Part shown: positions 1 through 9,900 of the stretch, piece by piece | How the letters are laid out: every line of letters starts with the position of its first letter | How positions within the stretch are numbered: position 1 is the stretch's first letter | Virus record (IMG/VR): IMGVR_UViG_3300046642_000350 | Span: 3,432 to 67,431 of that record | From: a virus | Direction: 5' to 3' (one strand) | DNA length: 64,000 bases | Notes under the pieces: generated by a model | Databases searched by the model: none | Seen by the model: the letters and a program-made list of their open reading frames with translations, nothing else | What the model was told of the DNA's origin: nothing | Position numbers and translations under genes: made by a program

Positions 1-75
1 GGTATGTCGGCTTGGGTATGCGGAGCCGCGTATATCGGGCTACATTTTGTAACCAAATACTGGTGAGGATATGAA

Positions 76-240
76 ATGAACCTGTATTATATCTTAGCGG
101 ACGGCAAGGTGTACTGGGCTCACGGAGCAACGCAGGCAGGCGCGGTCCAGAATATAGTAACGGCGTTACCATCTGGCCCAATCCAGGTCTGGCCTACGGA
201 AATTCCGCGTTCGAACAACAACGAAAGTGGTGCCCCATGA
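76..240 (+). CDS. small hypothetical protein (54 aa, below ORF-track cutoff)
   Basis: Hand translation MNLYYILADGKVYWAHG...; GAGGA upstream; stop overlaps next start (ATGA at 237-240). Confidence 0.6.
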   Translation: MNLYYILADGKVYWAHGATQAGAVQNIVTALPSGPIQVWPTEIPRSNNNESGAP

Positions 241-551
241 ACGAGGACAACCTGGAAATCCCTGCGTTCCTGAAACGCAACAAGGATGGGTCTCTGGCTC
301 TGCCGGCGGCTTGGATTAAGTTACCATCGCTGCCCCACGACGAGTGGGCGCCGTGGCCCGTTGCTGATGCCGTGCCCGTGACTTGGTTCTCCGCAGAGGG
401 TCTGGAGAAGGCTCTTAATGACCCCGAGCGCACGCTGATCGAGCGCCAGCCAATCTACATGGAGCTACGGGCGCGTGAGGACAAGGTGAAAGCGTACAAG
501 CGTTTGGCGGAAATGAAGGCGAAAAAGGAGGCGGAGAAGAATGCCAAATAA
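237..551 (+). CDS. hypothetical protein
   Basis: Coupled ORF in + operon; N-terminal LEIPAFLKR motif. Confidence 0.75.
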   Translation: MNEDNLEIPAFLKRNKDGSLALPAAWIKLPSLPHDEWAPWPVADAVPVTWFSAEGLEKALNDPERTLIERQPIYMELRAREDKVKAYKRLAEMKAKKEAEKNAK

Positions 552-1029
552 ATATGGCAGAGAGGATATCATCGTGCAAACCAGACTCGCCCATCCTGCT
601 TGGACATCGGGGCAGATAGCTACATATGCGGGGTGTTGCCGTTCTGTTGTCATTCGCGCTTTGAAACGGGCTAACCTGCGCCTGGCCACGAGTAACCACG
701 ATAGCACCAAGTTACAGGACCACGAGCGGCAATCCGTTGCCGATCTGTATGCGGAAGGTGTGAAATGCATTGCCATAGCGGTTGAGTACGGTGTAACGGT
801 ACAAACCGTTCGCAATATAGGGAGGCGAGCCGGCCACCCGCCGCGTGTGGACCCGAATATATTTCAGCGCCGCTGTGATCACCCTACGGTTGCCCGCGAC
901 TATGGGGCGGGAATACCGGTTTGGCAGATCGCGCGTAAATACAATATCGACCCGCGCACTGTCCGAAGGGTTGCGAGAGTGGCGGGGCATCCGCCCCGGA
1001 AAATAAAAGGTGTTTCGCATGCCGCTTAA
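541..1029 (+). CDS. multi-helix-turn-helix DNA-binding protein
   Basis: Three HTH-like segments (SGQIATYAGCCRSVVIRAL; IAIAVEYGVTVQTVRNI; WQIARKYNIDPRTVRRV). Confidence 0.7.
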   Translation: MPNKYGREDIIVQTRLAHPAWTSGQIATYAGCCRSVVIRALKRANLRLATSNHDSTKLQDHERQSVADLYAEGVKCIAIAVEYGVTVQTVRNIGRRAGHPPRVDPNIFQRRCDHPTVARDYGAGIPVWQIARKYNIDPRTVRRVARVAGHPPRKIKGVSHAA

Positions 1030-1375
1030 AATCTATATCGCTGGTCCCATGCGCGGGATACCAGAGTTTAATTTTCCCGCCTTTCGCGTGGCTACGGCCA
1101 AATTGCGCGCCATGGGGCACACAGTGTTTAACCCGGCTGAGCGGGATATAGAGCGGATCGGGCGCGATGTATCGAAAGAATTCCCCACCGGGGATGCGGA
1201 CGCACTAGAGAAGAAATACGGGATAACCCTTAGAAAGTGCCTGGGGGAGGACCTTGCATGGATATGCGAGCACGCCGAGGTTATCGCCCTCCTGCCGGGC
1301 TGGGAGAGAAGCGATGGTGCTTCCGCTGAGTGGGCTACTGCCATAGCCCTCAATCTTTTCATATTGGAGCTTTGA
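1019..1375 (+). CDS. DUF4406 / nucleoside 2-deoxyribosyltransferase-like protein
   Basis: KIYIAGPMRG..FNFPAF, NPAE, LLPGWERSDGASAE motifs. Confidence 0.85.
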   Translation: MPLKIYIAGPMRGIPEFNFPAFRVATAKLRAMGHTVFNPAERDIERIGRDVSKEFPTGDADALEKKYGITLRKCLGEDLAWICEHAEVIALLPGWERSDGASAEWATAIALNLFILEL

Positions 1376-1376
1376 A

Positions 1377-1868
1377 ATGAAGAAAGAAAGCGAAGATATA
1401 TTCGACAAGGCGACCCGCATGGCGGGGGCGTACCGTGCTGGTTCTAATCCTGAACCTGTTGAAGTTCCCGTAACGCACCCTATCACTGAGGGGTATTACG
1501 TCCACGCTTCGACGTGTGCGCTTTACACTAAAATGGAAGCGTGCGACTGTAAGCCGCCTTTTACCCCCTTGCTGTCCGGTAGAACAGAGCGCAAAACCTA
1601 TCCAATGTTTTCCGGTTTGCTGAAATACTTCCCGGACGCTCTTATGGAAATATCGCGGGTGAGCTATGTGGGGAATGAGCAGCATAACCCCGGCGAGCCG
1701 TTGCATTGGGACCGCGAAAAGTCCATGGACCAGGAAGACTGCATCGTGCGTCACCTGAAAGACCGGATCAAGAACAAGTTCGATGCGGACGGCGAGCGCC
1801 ATATGGCGAAAGCGGCATGGCGCTCGTTGGCGGCGTTGCAGTTGGAAATAGAAGAGGATAGAAAATGA
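1377..1868 (+). CDS. dATP/dGTP diphosphohydrolase-like protein (DUF5664-type)
   Basis: FPDALMEISRVSYVGNEQHNPGEPLHW...RHL...HMAKAAWRSLA pattern. Confidence 0.75.
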   Translation: MKKESEDIFDKATRMAGAYRAGSNPEPVEVPVTHPITEGYYVHASTCALYTKMEACDCKPPFTPLLSGRTERKTYPMFSGLLKYFPDALMEISRVSYVGNEQHNPGEPLHWDREKSMDQEDCIVRHLKDRIKNKFDADGERHMAKAAWRSLAALQLEIEEDRK

Positions 1869-1954
1869 CACTGGACGATTTTGTCCAAGTGGCGATAGCA
1901 ATATGCTTTGTGGGCATGGCGGTAGCCGTTATCCGTGAGAGCTTTAGGAAATGA
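1865..1954 (+). CDS. 29-aa hydrophobic peptide
   Basis: MTLDDFVQVAIAICFVGMAVAVIRESFRK; ATGA overlaps at both ends, GAGGA RBS. Confidence 0.6.
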   Translation: MTLDDFVQVAIAICFVGMAVAVIRESFRK

Positions 1955-2628
1955 AACCCTTCACGTGGTCCTACTCCAAGTACAAGAACTATGACACCTG
2001 CCCGAAACGGCATTACGAGGTGGACATAGCGAAGAACTTTACCGAGAGCAGCGAGCAGCTTATATGGGGAAACCAGGTCCACGCTGCTTTTGCTGGGGCG
2101 CTTATTGCTAGCGAGGGTGGGCGCATAAAGGCTGCATTGCCTGACAGCATGAAAGACTACCAGCATTGGGTTGACGAGATGACGTCTGGGCCGGGTGAAC
2201 TGGTGGTGGAGCAGAAGCTCGCCATAACCAAGGACTTTCAGCCTACCGCGTGGTTCTCTAACGAAGTTTGGTTCCGGGGCGTGTGCGACGTAGCGAGGAT
2301 AAACGGCCCGGTGGCACTGGCGCGCGATTGGAAGACGGGAAAGTTGCAGCATGACAGCCGTCAACTGATGCTCATGGCGCAGTGTCTGTTCGTGCATTAC
2401 CCGGAGCTACAGCGGATCAAGACCGAGTTTGTGTGGCTCAAAGAAGACTGCGTAACGGTAGAAACGTTCAACCGCGACACGATCCACAAGGAATGGATTG
2501 CGGTGTTCCCGCAGGTGAAAATCATGGAGCGCGCCGCCGAGACAATGATTTACGAGCCGAAACCCGGCAAGCTGTGTGCCCGGTATTGTCCGGTCGTGTC
2601 CTGCACATACCATGGGAAGCGACGATAA
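1951..2628 (+). CDS. Cas4-like PD-(D/E)XK exonuclease
   Basis: WSYS..CP, G.CD, DWKTGK, QL motif and C-terminal C...CP...C cluster. Confidence 0.9.
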   Translation: MKPFTWSYSKYKNYDTCPKRHYEVDIAKNFTESSEQLIWGNQVHAAFAGALIASEGGRIKAALPDSMKDYQHWVDEMTSGPGELVVEQKLAITKDFQPTAWFSNEVWFRGVCDVARINGPVALARDWKTGKLQHDSRQLMLMAQCLFVHYPELQRIKTEFVWLKEDCVTVETFNRDTIHKEWIAVFPQVKIMERAAETMIYEPKPGKLCARYCPVVSCTYHGKRR

Positions 2629-2936
2629 TGGTATCAATGTACACCAAGGACACCTTTATCGGGTGGATGCGGCGCGCCCCACTGGGGGCACGGGTAATCT
2701 ACCACATAGGCAATTTGCTGGTGGATCGGCCCCGCAGTCGTGTCACGGATGAAACCGCCGCTGCGGCATGGGGGGCGATGGAGTCCGGCAAGGTGTATCT
2801 CGTCCAGCGCACATACGATGGCGCCACTAACTATATGGCGATTAAGCGCGCCCCACCCTACGAACCTGTACGGTGGGTGGGGTGCTACGACCGCAGACGG
2901 AAGAATTACAACAAGAGTGTGAAGGAGGTAGCATGA
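2628..2936 (+). CDS. hypothetical protein
   Basis: TAATG coupling to the upstream gene; starts MVSMYTKD. Confidence 0.7.
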   Translation: MVSMYTKDTFIGWMRRAPLGARVIYHIGNLLVDRPRSRVTDETAAAAWGAMESGKVYLVQRTYDGATNYMAIKRAPPYEPVRWVGCYDRRRKNYNKSVKEVA

Positions 2937-3118
2937 AGGCGCGAAAGGCTAGCTGCAATAACCCGTTCCAGTACAACGACTGCTGGTTCTGGACCGACGA
3001 CCGTGAGAAGTGCCATGGGCCCTATATGTCCCAGACCGAGGCGCTGCTGGCGTTGTTGCGTTTTATGTCGCCGCCGTGGCACAAGCGGATGTGGCGTAAG
3101 ATATGGAGGACAACATGA
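2933..3118 (+). CDS. hypothetical protein
   Basis: AAGGAGGT RBS, ATGA overlap; WFW.D....HGPY. Confidence 0.7.
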   Translation: MKARKASCNNPFQYNDCWFWTDDREKCHGPYMSQTEALLALLRFMSPPWHKRMWRKIWRTT

Positions 3119-3405
3119 TCGAGGTAGGTCAGCAAGTCGTTTGTGTTCGTGATGATTGGTATGTGCTACCAGAAGATTGCCAATTTAAGCTGTACCTTCC
3201 TGTGAAAGGGTCGGTATACACCGTTCGGGGGTTTGTTACTGTGACAGGTTTACACCTACTATTTTTTGAACTGCGCAATCCCCAAACTATTTATGCTGAT
3301 GGTACGACCGAGTGCTCATTTGACGCTGGCATGTTTAAGCCGGTAAAGAAGACCGACATCGGTATCTTCACTGCCATGTTACAGCCAGTCGATGCCCACA
3401 CCTGA
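3115..3405 (+). CDS. hypothetical protein (VGQQVVCV...KGSVYTVR type)
   Basis: GGAGG RBS, ATGA overlap. Confidence 0.7.
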   Translation: MIEVGQQVVCVRDDWYVLPEDCQFKLYLPVKGSVYTVRGFVTVTGLHLLFFELRNPQTIYADGTTECSFDAGMFKPVKKTDIGIFTAMLQPVDAHT

Positions 3406-3709
3406 AGGAAAAGTTAAAGCAAAAGTAGATCGTGCTCTTGCTTCTCTGTCGAACTGCTATAAATTCAAGCCCGTGCAAAACGGCATGGGTGCCCCCGGCC
3501 TGGACTACTACTGCTCTATCAACGGCCGGTTTGTGTCCATAGAAACCAAGGTGCCAGGTAAGAACCTGACACCTCGACAAGAAATAACGAAGTCCCAGAT
3601 CGAAGCATCTGGCGGTTTGGTATTTGTCATACGCGATGACGACGACATAAGGAGGATGTTAAGCCATGACACCTTTGCAGGTTATGCGCAACGACGAGAA
3701 GATACTTGA
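3392..3709 (+). CDS. VRR-NUC family nuclease
   Basis: TPEGKVK, G..D, F..IETK, LTPRQ, GG..FV motifs; upstream of SNF2 helicase. Confidence 0.88.
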   Translation: MPTPEGKVKAKVDRALASLSNCYKFKPVQNGMGAPGLDYYCSINGRFVSIETKVPGKNLTPRQEITKSQIEASGGLVFVIRDDDDIRRMLSHDTFAGYAQRREDT

Positions 3710-3827
3710 TCTTGAAGTCGCCACCCGCGCTGCGATAGACGCGGAAGACGTAGAAAAGACGAAGCTACTGCGCGCCGAGGCAGTGACCTTACTGGCCGAA
3801 ATAGAGCGGCAGCGCGCATGCCCTTAA
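3666..3827 (+). CDS. small hypothetical protein (53 aa)
   Basis: Hand translation MTPLQVMRNDEKILDLEV...; AAGGAGG upstream; fills the gap. Confidence 0.5.
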   Translation: MTPLQVMRNDEKILDLEVATRAAIDAEDVEKTKLLRAEAVTLLAEIERQRACP

Positions 3828-5362
3828 CCATCTCCCGTGCCACCAAGTCCCTCGTGGTGCCTGACGCCCCCGGGGTGCGGACCATGTTTCCGCTCGCCCC
3901 CACGCTACCGGGCGGGCTCTGCGTTGTGCCACACGGCATGCGCGAAACCATTATGCTGCGACACCTGGGGTTTAAGGCTCCTAACCCCATGGAGTTGTAT
4001 TACGACTGGAACGGTGGTAAGCCATTCGCAGTCCAGCGTGCAACTTGTAGGATGCTAACGGAGAACGCTCGTGCATACGTACTCAATCACATGGGGACCG
4101 GCAAGACTAAGACTGCTTTATGGGCCTGGGATTATCTCAATAAACAAGGCCTCGCCAAAAAGCTCCTGGTGGTTGCACCTCTGTCCACCCTCAATTTCGT
4201 GTGGGCGCGGGAGGTCTTTAACACCCTGCCAGGGCGGACGGTAAAAGTCCTCCATGGATCGCGATATGACCGTCTCGACCGGCTGGCCGAGGACGCGGAT
4301 ATTTACATCATTAACCACGATGGCCTGAAGGTCATCGAGAGCGAGCTGCACTCGCGCGCCGATATCGATACGCTGGTGTTGGACGAGCTGGCGGTCTACC
4401 GGAACAATTCCAACCGCTCAAAGCGCATGCGCAAGTTCGCCGTGCGATTCAACGTGGTATGGGGGATGACCGGAGCGCCCATGCCCAACGAGCCGACGGA
4501 CGTGTGGGGGCAGTGCCAGATCATTACCCCGAGCCGGGTGCCCAGGTATCAGGCCCACGCCCGGGACGCCCTGATGACCCGGGTGACGAACTTCACCTGG
4601 CGCCCCAAGCCGGACGCCGTGGCCAAGGCGTTCGAGTGGATGCAGCCCTCGTGCCGGTACTCCCTGGACGACGTGGTGGAGCTTCCGCCGTTGGTATCAC
4701 GGACAATTGATGTCCCGATGAGCCCGGAGCAGACCAAGGTCTATAAGGCGGTTTCAACCGCCATGGTGGCGCTGGTGAAGGACAAGACCATCAACGCTGT
4801 CAATGCCGGCGCTGCCATGAACAAGCTACTCCAGATTGCAGGGGGATGGGTTTACACGTCAAACCCCGAGTTCGTGCGGGTGGACCCCACTCCCCGGATC
4901 ATGGCGTTGGCGGAACTGATCCAGTCCGCCGACAAGAAGGTGCTGGTGGCGGTACCATACCGGCATATGATCGAGGGGATAAGCAAGATATTCAGCATGC
5001 CGGCGGTGGGGATCGACCACTGCGTGGTGCACGGTGACACGGAACACCGGGAGCAGGTGTTCGGGCTGTTCCAGAACACGGACAAATACAAGGCCATGCT
5101 GGCGCATCCGGCGTGTGTGCACCATGGCCTCACGTTGACAGCGGCTGACACGATCATCTGGTATTTGCCGATCACGTCGCTGGATGTCTACGACCAGTTT
5201 AACGCCCGAATAACCAGGATCGGGCAGGTGCACAAGCAGCAGGTGTTGCACTTACAGTCTACACCCATAGAGAAACGCATTTATAAGATGCTGCGGGAGC
5301 ACCAGAAAATGCAGTCCCTATTCCTCGATCTGGTCGAGGGAGCAACGGAGAACTTGATATGA
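3818..5362 (+). CDS. SNF2-family (SF2) helicase
   Basis: MGTGKT, VVAPLS, LVLDE, MTGAP, HGLTLT, QFNARITRIGQ motifs. Confidence 0.95.
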   Translation: MPLTISRATKSLVVPDAPGVRTMFPLAPTLPGGLCVVPHGMRETIMLRHLGFKAPNPMELYYDWNGGKPFAVQRATCRMLTENARAYVLNHMGTGKTKTALWAWDYLNKQGLAKKLLVVAPLSTLNFVWAREVFNTLPGRTVKVLHGSRYDRLDRLAEDADIYIINHDGLKVIESELHSRADIDTLVLDELAVYRNNSNRSKRMRKFAVRFNVVWGMTGAPMPNEPTDVWGQCQIITPSRVPRYQAHARDALMTRVTNFTWRPKPDAVAKAFEWMQPSCRYSLDDVVELPPLVSRTIDVPMSPEQTKVYKAVSTAMVALVKDKTINAVNAGAAMNKLLQIAGGWVYTSNPEFVRVDPTPRIMALAELIQSADKKVLVAVPYRHMIEGISKIFSMPAVGIDHCVVHGDTEHREQVFGLFQNTDKYKAMLAHPACVHHGLTLTAADTIIWYLPITSLDVYDQFNARITRIGQVHKQQVLHLQSTPIEKRIYKMLREHQKMQSLFLDLVEGATENLI

Positions 5363-5538
5363 CAGAAACACCAAGAATAAGCCATTTTCGGAAACCGGTG
5401 CAAATAGCGGTCACCCCCGGAGGAATAGCTGTGCTGGCTGATGATGGAACCATATGGGCGGTTACCGATAACAAGTGGTACAAGCTGTCGGATATCCCGC
5501 AGCGCCCGGACGAAGGAGAGGAGATTCCAAATGAGTGA
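5359..5538 (+). CDS. small hypothetical protein (59 aa)
   Basis: Hand translation MTETPRISH...LADDGTIW...W.KLSDIPQ; ATGA overlap with the helicase. Confidence 0.65.
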   Translation: MTETPRISHFRKPVQIAVTPGGIAVLADDGTIWAVTDNKWYKLSDIPQRPDEGEEIPNE

Positions 5539-5926
5539 AGACATTGACAAAAAGATCGAACAGTATATTCAGGTACGTGACATCCTGAAGGCTGTGGACG
5601 AAAAGTGGGAGGCCCAGCGCAAGCCTTTACTGGAAATTCAGGACAAGCTGGCAGGGTCCATTCAGTCCTTTATGGACGCTAATAATATCACCGGCAACCT
5701 GAAATCGAAGGCAGGTACGTGTTACCTGTTAACGTCTTACAGCGCGTCACTTGCGGACCCCGAGGCTTTCATGCAGTATGTGGTAAAGACGGGGTCGTTC
5801 GAACTGATGGACCGTCGTGCCAACTCCACGGCGGTGCGCGACTACGTGAAAGAGCACAACGCTACACCACCAGGGTGTAACCTTACCGCCGTTTGCACCG
5901 TCCGTGTGCGGCGTCCCACGAAATAA
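5531..5926 (+). CDS. conserved phage replication-region protein (N-terminal coiled coil)
   Basis: GAGGAG RBS; YIQVRD...coiled coil, K...GT, PPG.. Confidence 0.8.
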   Translation: MSEDIDKKIEQYIQVRDILKAVDEKWEAQRKPLLEIQDKLAGSIQSFMDANNITGNLKSKAGTCYLLTSYSASLADPEAFMQYVVKTGSFELMDRRANSTAVRDYVKEHNATPPGCNLTAVCTVRVRRPTK

Positions 5927-5944
5927 CCTCACAGGAGAACCCCC

Positions 5945-6982
5945 ATGGGTCAAGAACTGCAAGTACCGGATTGGGCCAAGACCAAGCGCATGGCGTCAGC
6001 GTTCGCTGGGTTGAACCCGCAGGAAGACCGACTGTCCGATGGCATCGAGCAGTCGTACGGCATTATCGGCTATAAAGGAAAGACGTGGTCCATCCGGGTC
6101 GACGGACAGAAGAAGGACTTTGTGCGGCCAGACGACGGTACGCAAGCGGCGTACATCGACGGTGTGGTCGTGGGACAGAACAAGGTTCGGTCGAAGTCCT
6201 ATTACCCCAAAGATAAGGGGTTCGAGGATGGGGGCCACATGCGCCCCGTCTGTGCCTCCATAAACGGGGTTGTTCCCGACCCCGATGCGCAGCAGAAGCA
6301 GCATGACAACTGCGCCATGTGCCCGCGCAATGTCTGGCTGACGAACGGCCAGACCGGCAAGAAAGGGAAGGAGTGCAGCGACTACAAGCGCATTGCGTTC
6401 CTGCTCCTGCCACCGCAGACCGAGAGGCTGTTCGGCAAGCCACTCATGGAGCCGGTGTTTCTCCGTGTGCCGGCGGACAGCCTTAAGAACCTAGCCGCCA
6501 TGGATACGATGATGTCGGACCAGGGGTTCCACTACCTGAGCTACGTCACCCGTATCTCGTTCGACCCCAACAAGCCGCACCCGTGTATGGTGTTCAAGGC
6601 CATTCAGGGGCTGGGGGAGGATGAGGGCAAGGCCGTTATTGAGATGTCCAAACACCCGCTGGTGAAGCGGATTACGGGTGGTGGGGACGCTCCTGCGATC
6701 ACCCACCAAGACGCACCGTCTGATCCCGCCAAGGTAAGCGGGCACGACAATTTCCTGGTGGGGCCGTATACCCCTACTGCTACTCCCAACTACAACAACG
6801 GCCACAGCAGCCATACAGAGGCGGTGGCAGCCATGGTGGAGGAACCGCAGGTGCCTCTGGACGACGCCCCCGTCGCACAGGTTTCTGCCGTTGCAGACGC
6901 AGGGGCACCGGAGGAGAGCGATGCGGCGATGGACGCTCTTATCGCCAACTTGACGGCGCAGCACCTGAACGCCAGCAAGTAA
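5945..6982 (+). CDS. putative ssDNA-binding/recombination protein
   Basis: P.C.S.NG..P, CAMCP.N, GKEC motifs; acidic disordered C-terminal tail; lies between helicase and primase. Confidence 0.6.
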   Translation: MGQELQVPDWAKTKRMASAFAGLNPQEDRLSDGIEQSYGIIGYKGKTWSIRVDGQKKDFVRPDDGTQAAYIDGVVVGQNKVRSKSYYPKDKGFEDGGHMRPVCASINGVVPDPDAQQKQHDNCAMCPRNVWLTNGQTGKKGKECSDYKRIAFLLLPPQTERLFGKPLMEPVFLRVPADSLKNLAAMDTMMSDQGFHYLSYVTRISFDPNKPHPCMVFKAIQGLGEDEGKAVIEMSKHPLVKRITGGGDAPAITHQDAPSDPAKVSGHDNFLVGPYTPTATPNYNNGHSSHTEAVAAMVEEPQVPLDDAPVAQVSAVADAGAPEESDAAMDALIANLTAQHLNASK

Positions 6983-6991
6983 GCCACTTGC

Positions 6992-9900
6992 ATGGCGACG
7001 TTGAGAGACTTCATGGCGCAAGTCGTGCCCTGGCCCAACGACGGGCCAGGGTACGTCAATCTTCATTGGACATCGCCCAAGGGGCCGGGGTTACGGGGGA
7101 AACCATTCAGGGACCTGGATGCGTTTGTTGATTTTGCGCTGGCGGCTGCCACCAAGCCGGCGTATTACAAAGATGTTTGGTTTTGTCTTTCCCAGCAGTC
7201 CACTGCCGGCGAAATTAAAAACGGTTGGCGGCGGGCTATTCGTACGCAGCAGTGCGCCACGCACCTGAAGGCGATTTGGCTGGACGTGGATGTCAAGGCT
7301 AACTCGGAGAAACATTATGGATCAACAGCAGAAGGACTTGCGGCGCTTGCGGCGTTCATACTTGAAGCTGTACTTCCCCCACCGTCCGCCATTGTGTTTT
7401 CAGGCTCAGGAGGCTTCCACGTCTACTGGATCAGCGACAAAGCCCTCACGCAAGAAGAGTGGCGCCCGTACGCCGAAGGGCTCAAAGCCGCAGCCATCAA
7501 GCACGGGCTCAAATGCGATGCTGGTCTTACTACCGATGCTGCAAGGGTTCTCCGTGTACCTGGAACATTCAACTACAAAGGGGGTACACCGCGAGCCGTT
7601 AGGCTTGCTCACTTGGGAGAAAGCCTGGATTTTGCGGGACGACTTGCGGGGACGCGATGTGGCGTACCCGATCGTTATAAAGTTGTTACCGGAGCGGTAG
7701 CAGTACCGGCGTGGGCCACTGGTAAAAAGATGGCAGCGGTGTTTGTTGGCCTCGATCCCAAGGCGGATCGCTTGACAGCCGGGCATGACGACACCCCGCT
7801 CGATCCAACCACGATCTTTAAGAACTGCATTCACTACAAAGACGCCCTCGCCACGCAGGGCAAGGAGCACCCTGAGCCACTGTGGAACCTGACGCTCCTT
7901 GGGGCGACGTGGTTCGAGGACGGGCGTACGTGGGCGCACAAGCTATCCGAGGGGCATCCTGACTACAACAAGGAGAGCACCGATGACAAGTTTAACCAGA
8001 AACTCGCACGTAGGGCGCAAGGTACCGGTTGGCCTTCGTGCAATGCTTTTGAGAGCGCAGGCGCGGGCTGCATCAAGTGCCCATTCCACGGGCGGGTACG
8101 GTCGCCGCTTAACCTGGCTGAACGGGTACCTACGTCCGATGCGCTTGATCACACGCCCCCGCCACCTGAAGACCTGATGCTCCCTGACGGGTACACGGTG
8201 GACCCGACGACTGGGTGGATATGCAAAATCGTCACCCGTGCCCTCGCCGGGGGGTTTACGTCGAACGAGCTTCGCCCCCTGTTCATGTGTCGGATACGCA
8301 ACCCGATCCTGCAACGGGGCAACCGCAAGATATTGTTCGAGACCTCCCTTGACGGCGATGCCTGGGGCCCGGTATCCGTCCTTGAGACAGACCTGACCAC
8401 GGAGCAAACCCTGGTCAAGACTCTGCGTACGCACGGGTGCAAGCCCTACCCCGACAACCAAAAATTCCTGGTGCAGTTCATGACATCATTTACAGCGAAA
8501 CTCGATCTCGCCAAGCAGCGCATCAACACCGTGTCCTTCGGGTGGCTCCGCAAGGAGGAAGGGGGGCAGGAGCCCATCGGGTTCGCCTACGGTGGCCGCG
8601 TGGTGCTAGCCAACGGCAGCGAACAGGTGGCGGGCTTCTCCGATAAGACCGTGGAGGCGAGTTACAAGCCCAAGGGTTCCGAGGAACCGTGGTGGGAACT
8701 GCACAGGATTATAACCGCGCAGGTGCATCCGTCGCTCGAAGTGATCTCGGCCGCTGGCTTCGGGGCGCCGCTCATGTACGCCACCAACCAGTACAGCGCA
8801 GTGCTGGCGCCATGGTCCCCTGAGTCCGGTGCGCACAAGAGTACAAGCATCGCCTCTGGATGCTCGATCTGGGCTTCACCGGTTATGGTGAAAGAGCGCC
8901 CGATGTCCTCGCAGAAAGGCGTCATGCGGATGATGGCGCACATCCGCAACCTGCCGGTGTTCCTGGACGAGATCAGTGAGGTGGCGCACATGGACGAGGT
9001 GCGTACCATGGTCAATTACCTGAGCGAGGGTGCGGACGGGTCCAAGCTGCACCAGGACCGCACACTGTACGCCAAGGAGAGTTGGCAGACGCTGATCGTT
9101 GTCGGCTCCAATCAATCCCTGTGCGAGAACATCATCCGTAACATCCAGTACACGGACGCCAAGCTGCAGCGGGTGTTCGAGTTCATCGTTACCCCTCGCC
9201 CCGACAGCGCCGATCCGAACCATGTGGCGTCCCTGGTTAACTCGCTCGATCACAACTATGGCGGCGTGGGACTGCTGTATAGCCGCTTGCTGGGCCGCGA
9301 CCCTGCGGGTATCTCTAGATACGTCAAAAGCGTGCATGACCGGTTCAACAAGGAGGTCGGGCATGTATCGGCGGAACGCATGCGGTCAGCGGCAGCGGTC
9401 GCCACGTTCGCAGGTGCGGAACTCGCCAACACGCTGGGGTGCAGTTTCCACTTGGAGGAAATGTGGTCGTACCTGAAAGAGCAGTATTTCGTCCAGCGGG
9501 ACCGCACCAAGAGCGCCAACACGATCGGCGGCACGGCAGAGAACACCCTGGATATGTTTACCCAGTTCATCAAGGGCAACGTACAGAACATCCTGGTGGT
9601 GCAGACCATGCCGGTCAAGCGCAAGGGGCATCCGGCGCCGATCACCTACGTATCCGGGCCCACCCGCGACCGCCCGTACGCGGTGCACGTAAGATTTTCG
9701 CAGACAGAGCGTGTGATCGAGGTGTCCCGCAAGAAGCTGGAGAGTTGGCTGGCGCACGGGAAAACCGTCCCGGGTCCGGTGATCTCCGGGCTCAAGAACC
9801 ACTTCAAAGCCACCGAGACCGTGGGGGTGGATCTGGCGGCTGGTTCCGGGGTGGCCGGCGGCCGGGAAAAGATTATCTCGATCCCGGTTCCGGCCGGGTC

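Noticed and set aside
1951-2628. CRISPR-Cas system suggested by the Cas4-like gene
   Set aside because: No other cas genes or array; solo Cas4-like nucleases are common in phage replication modules
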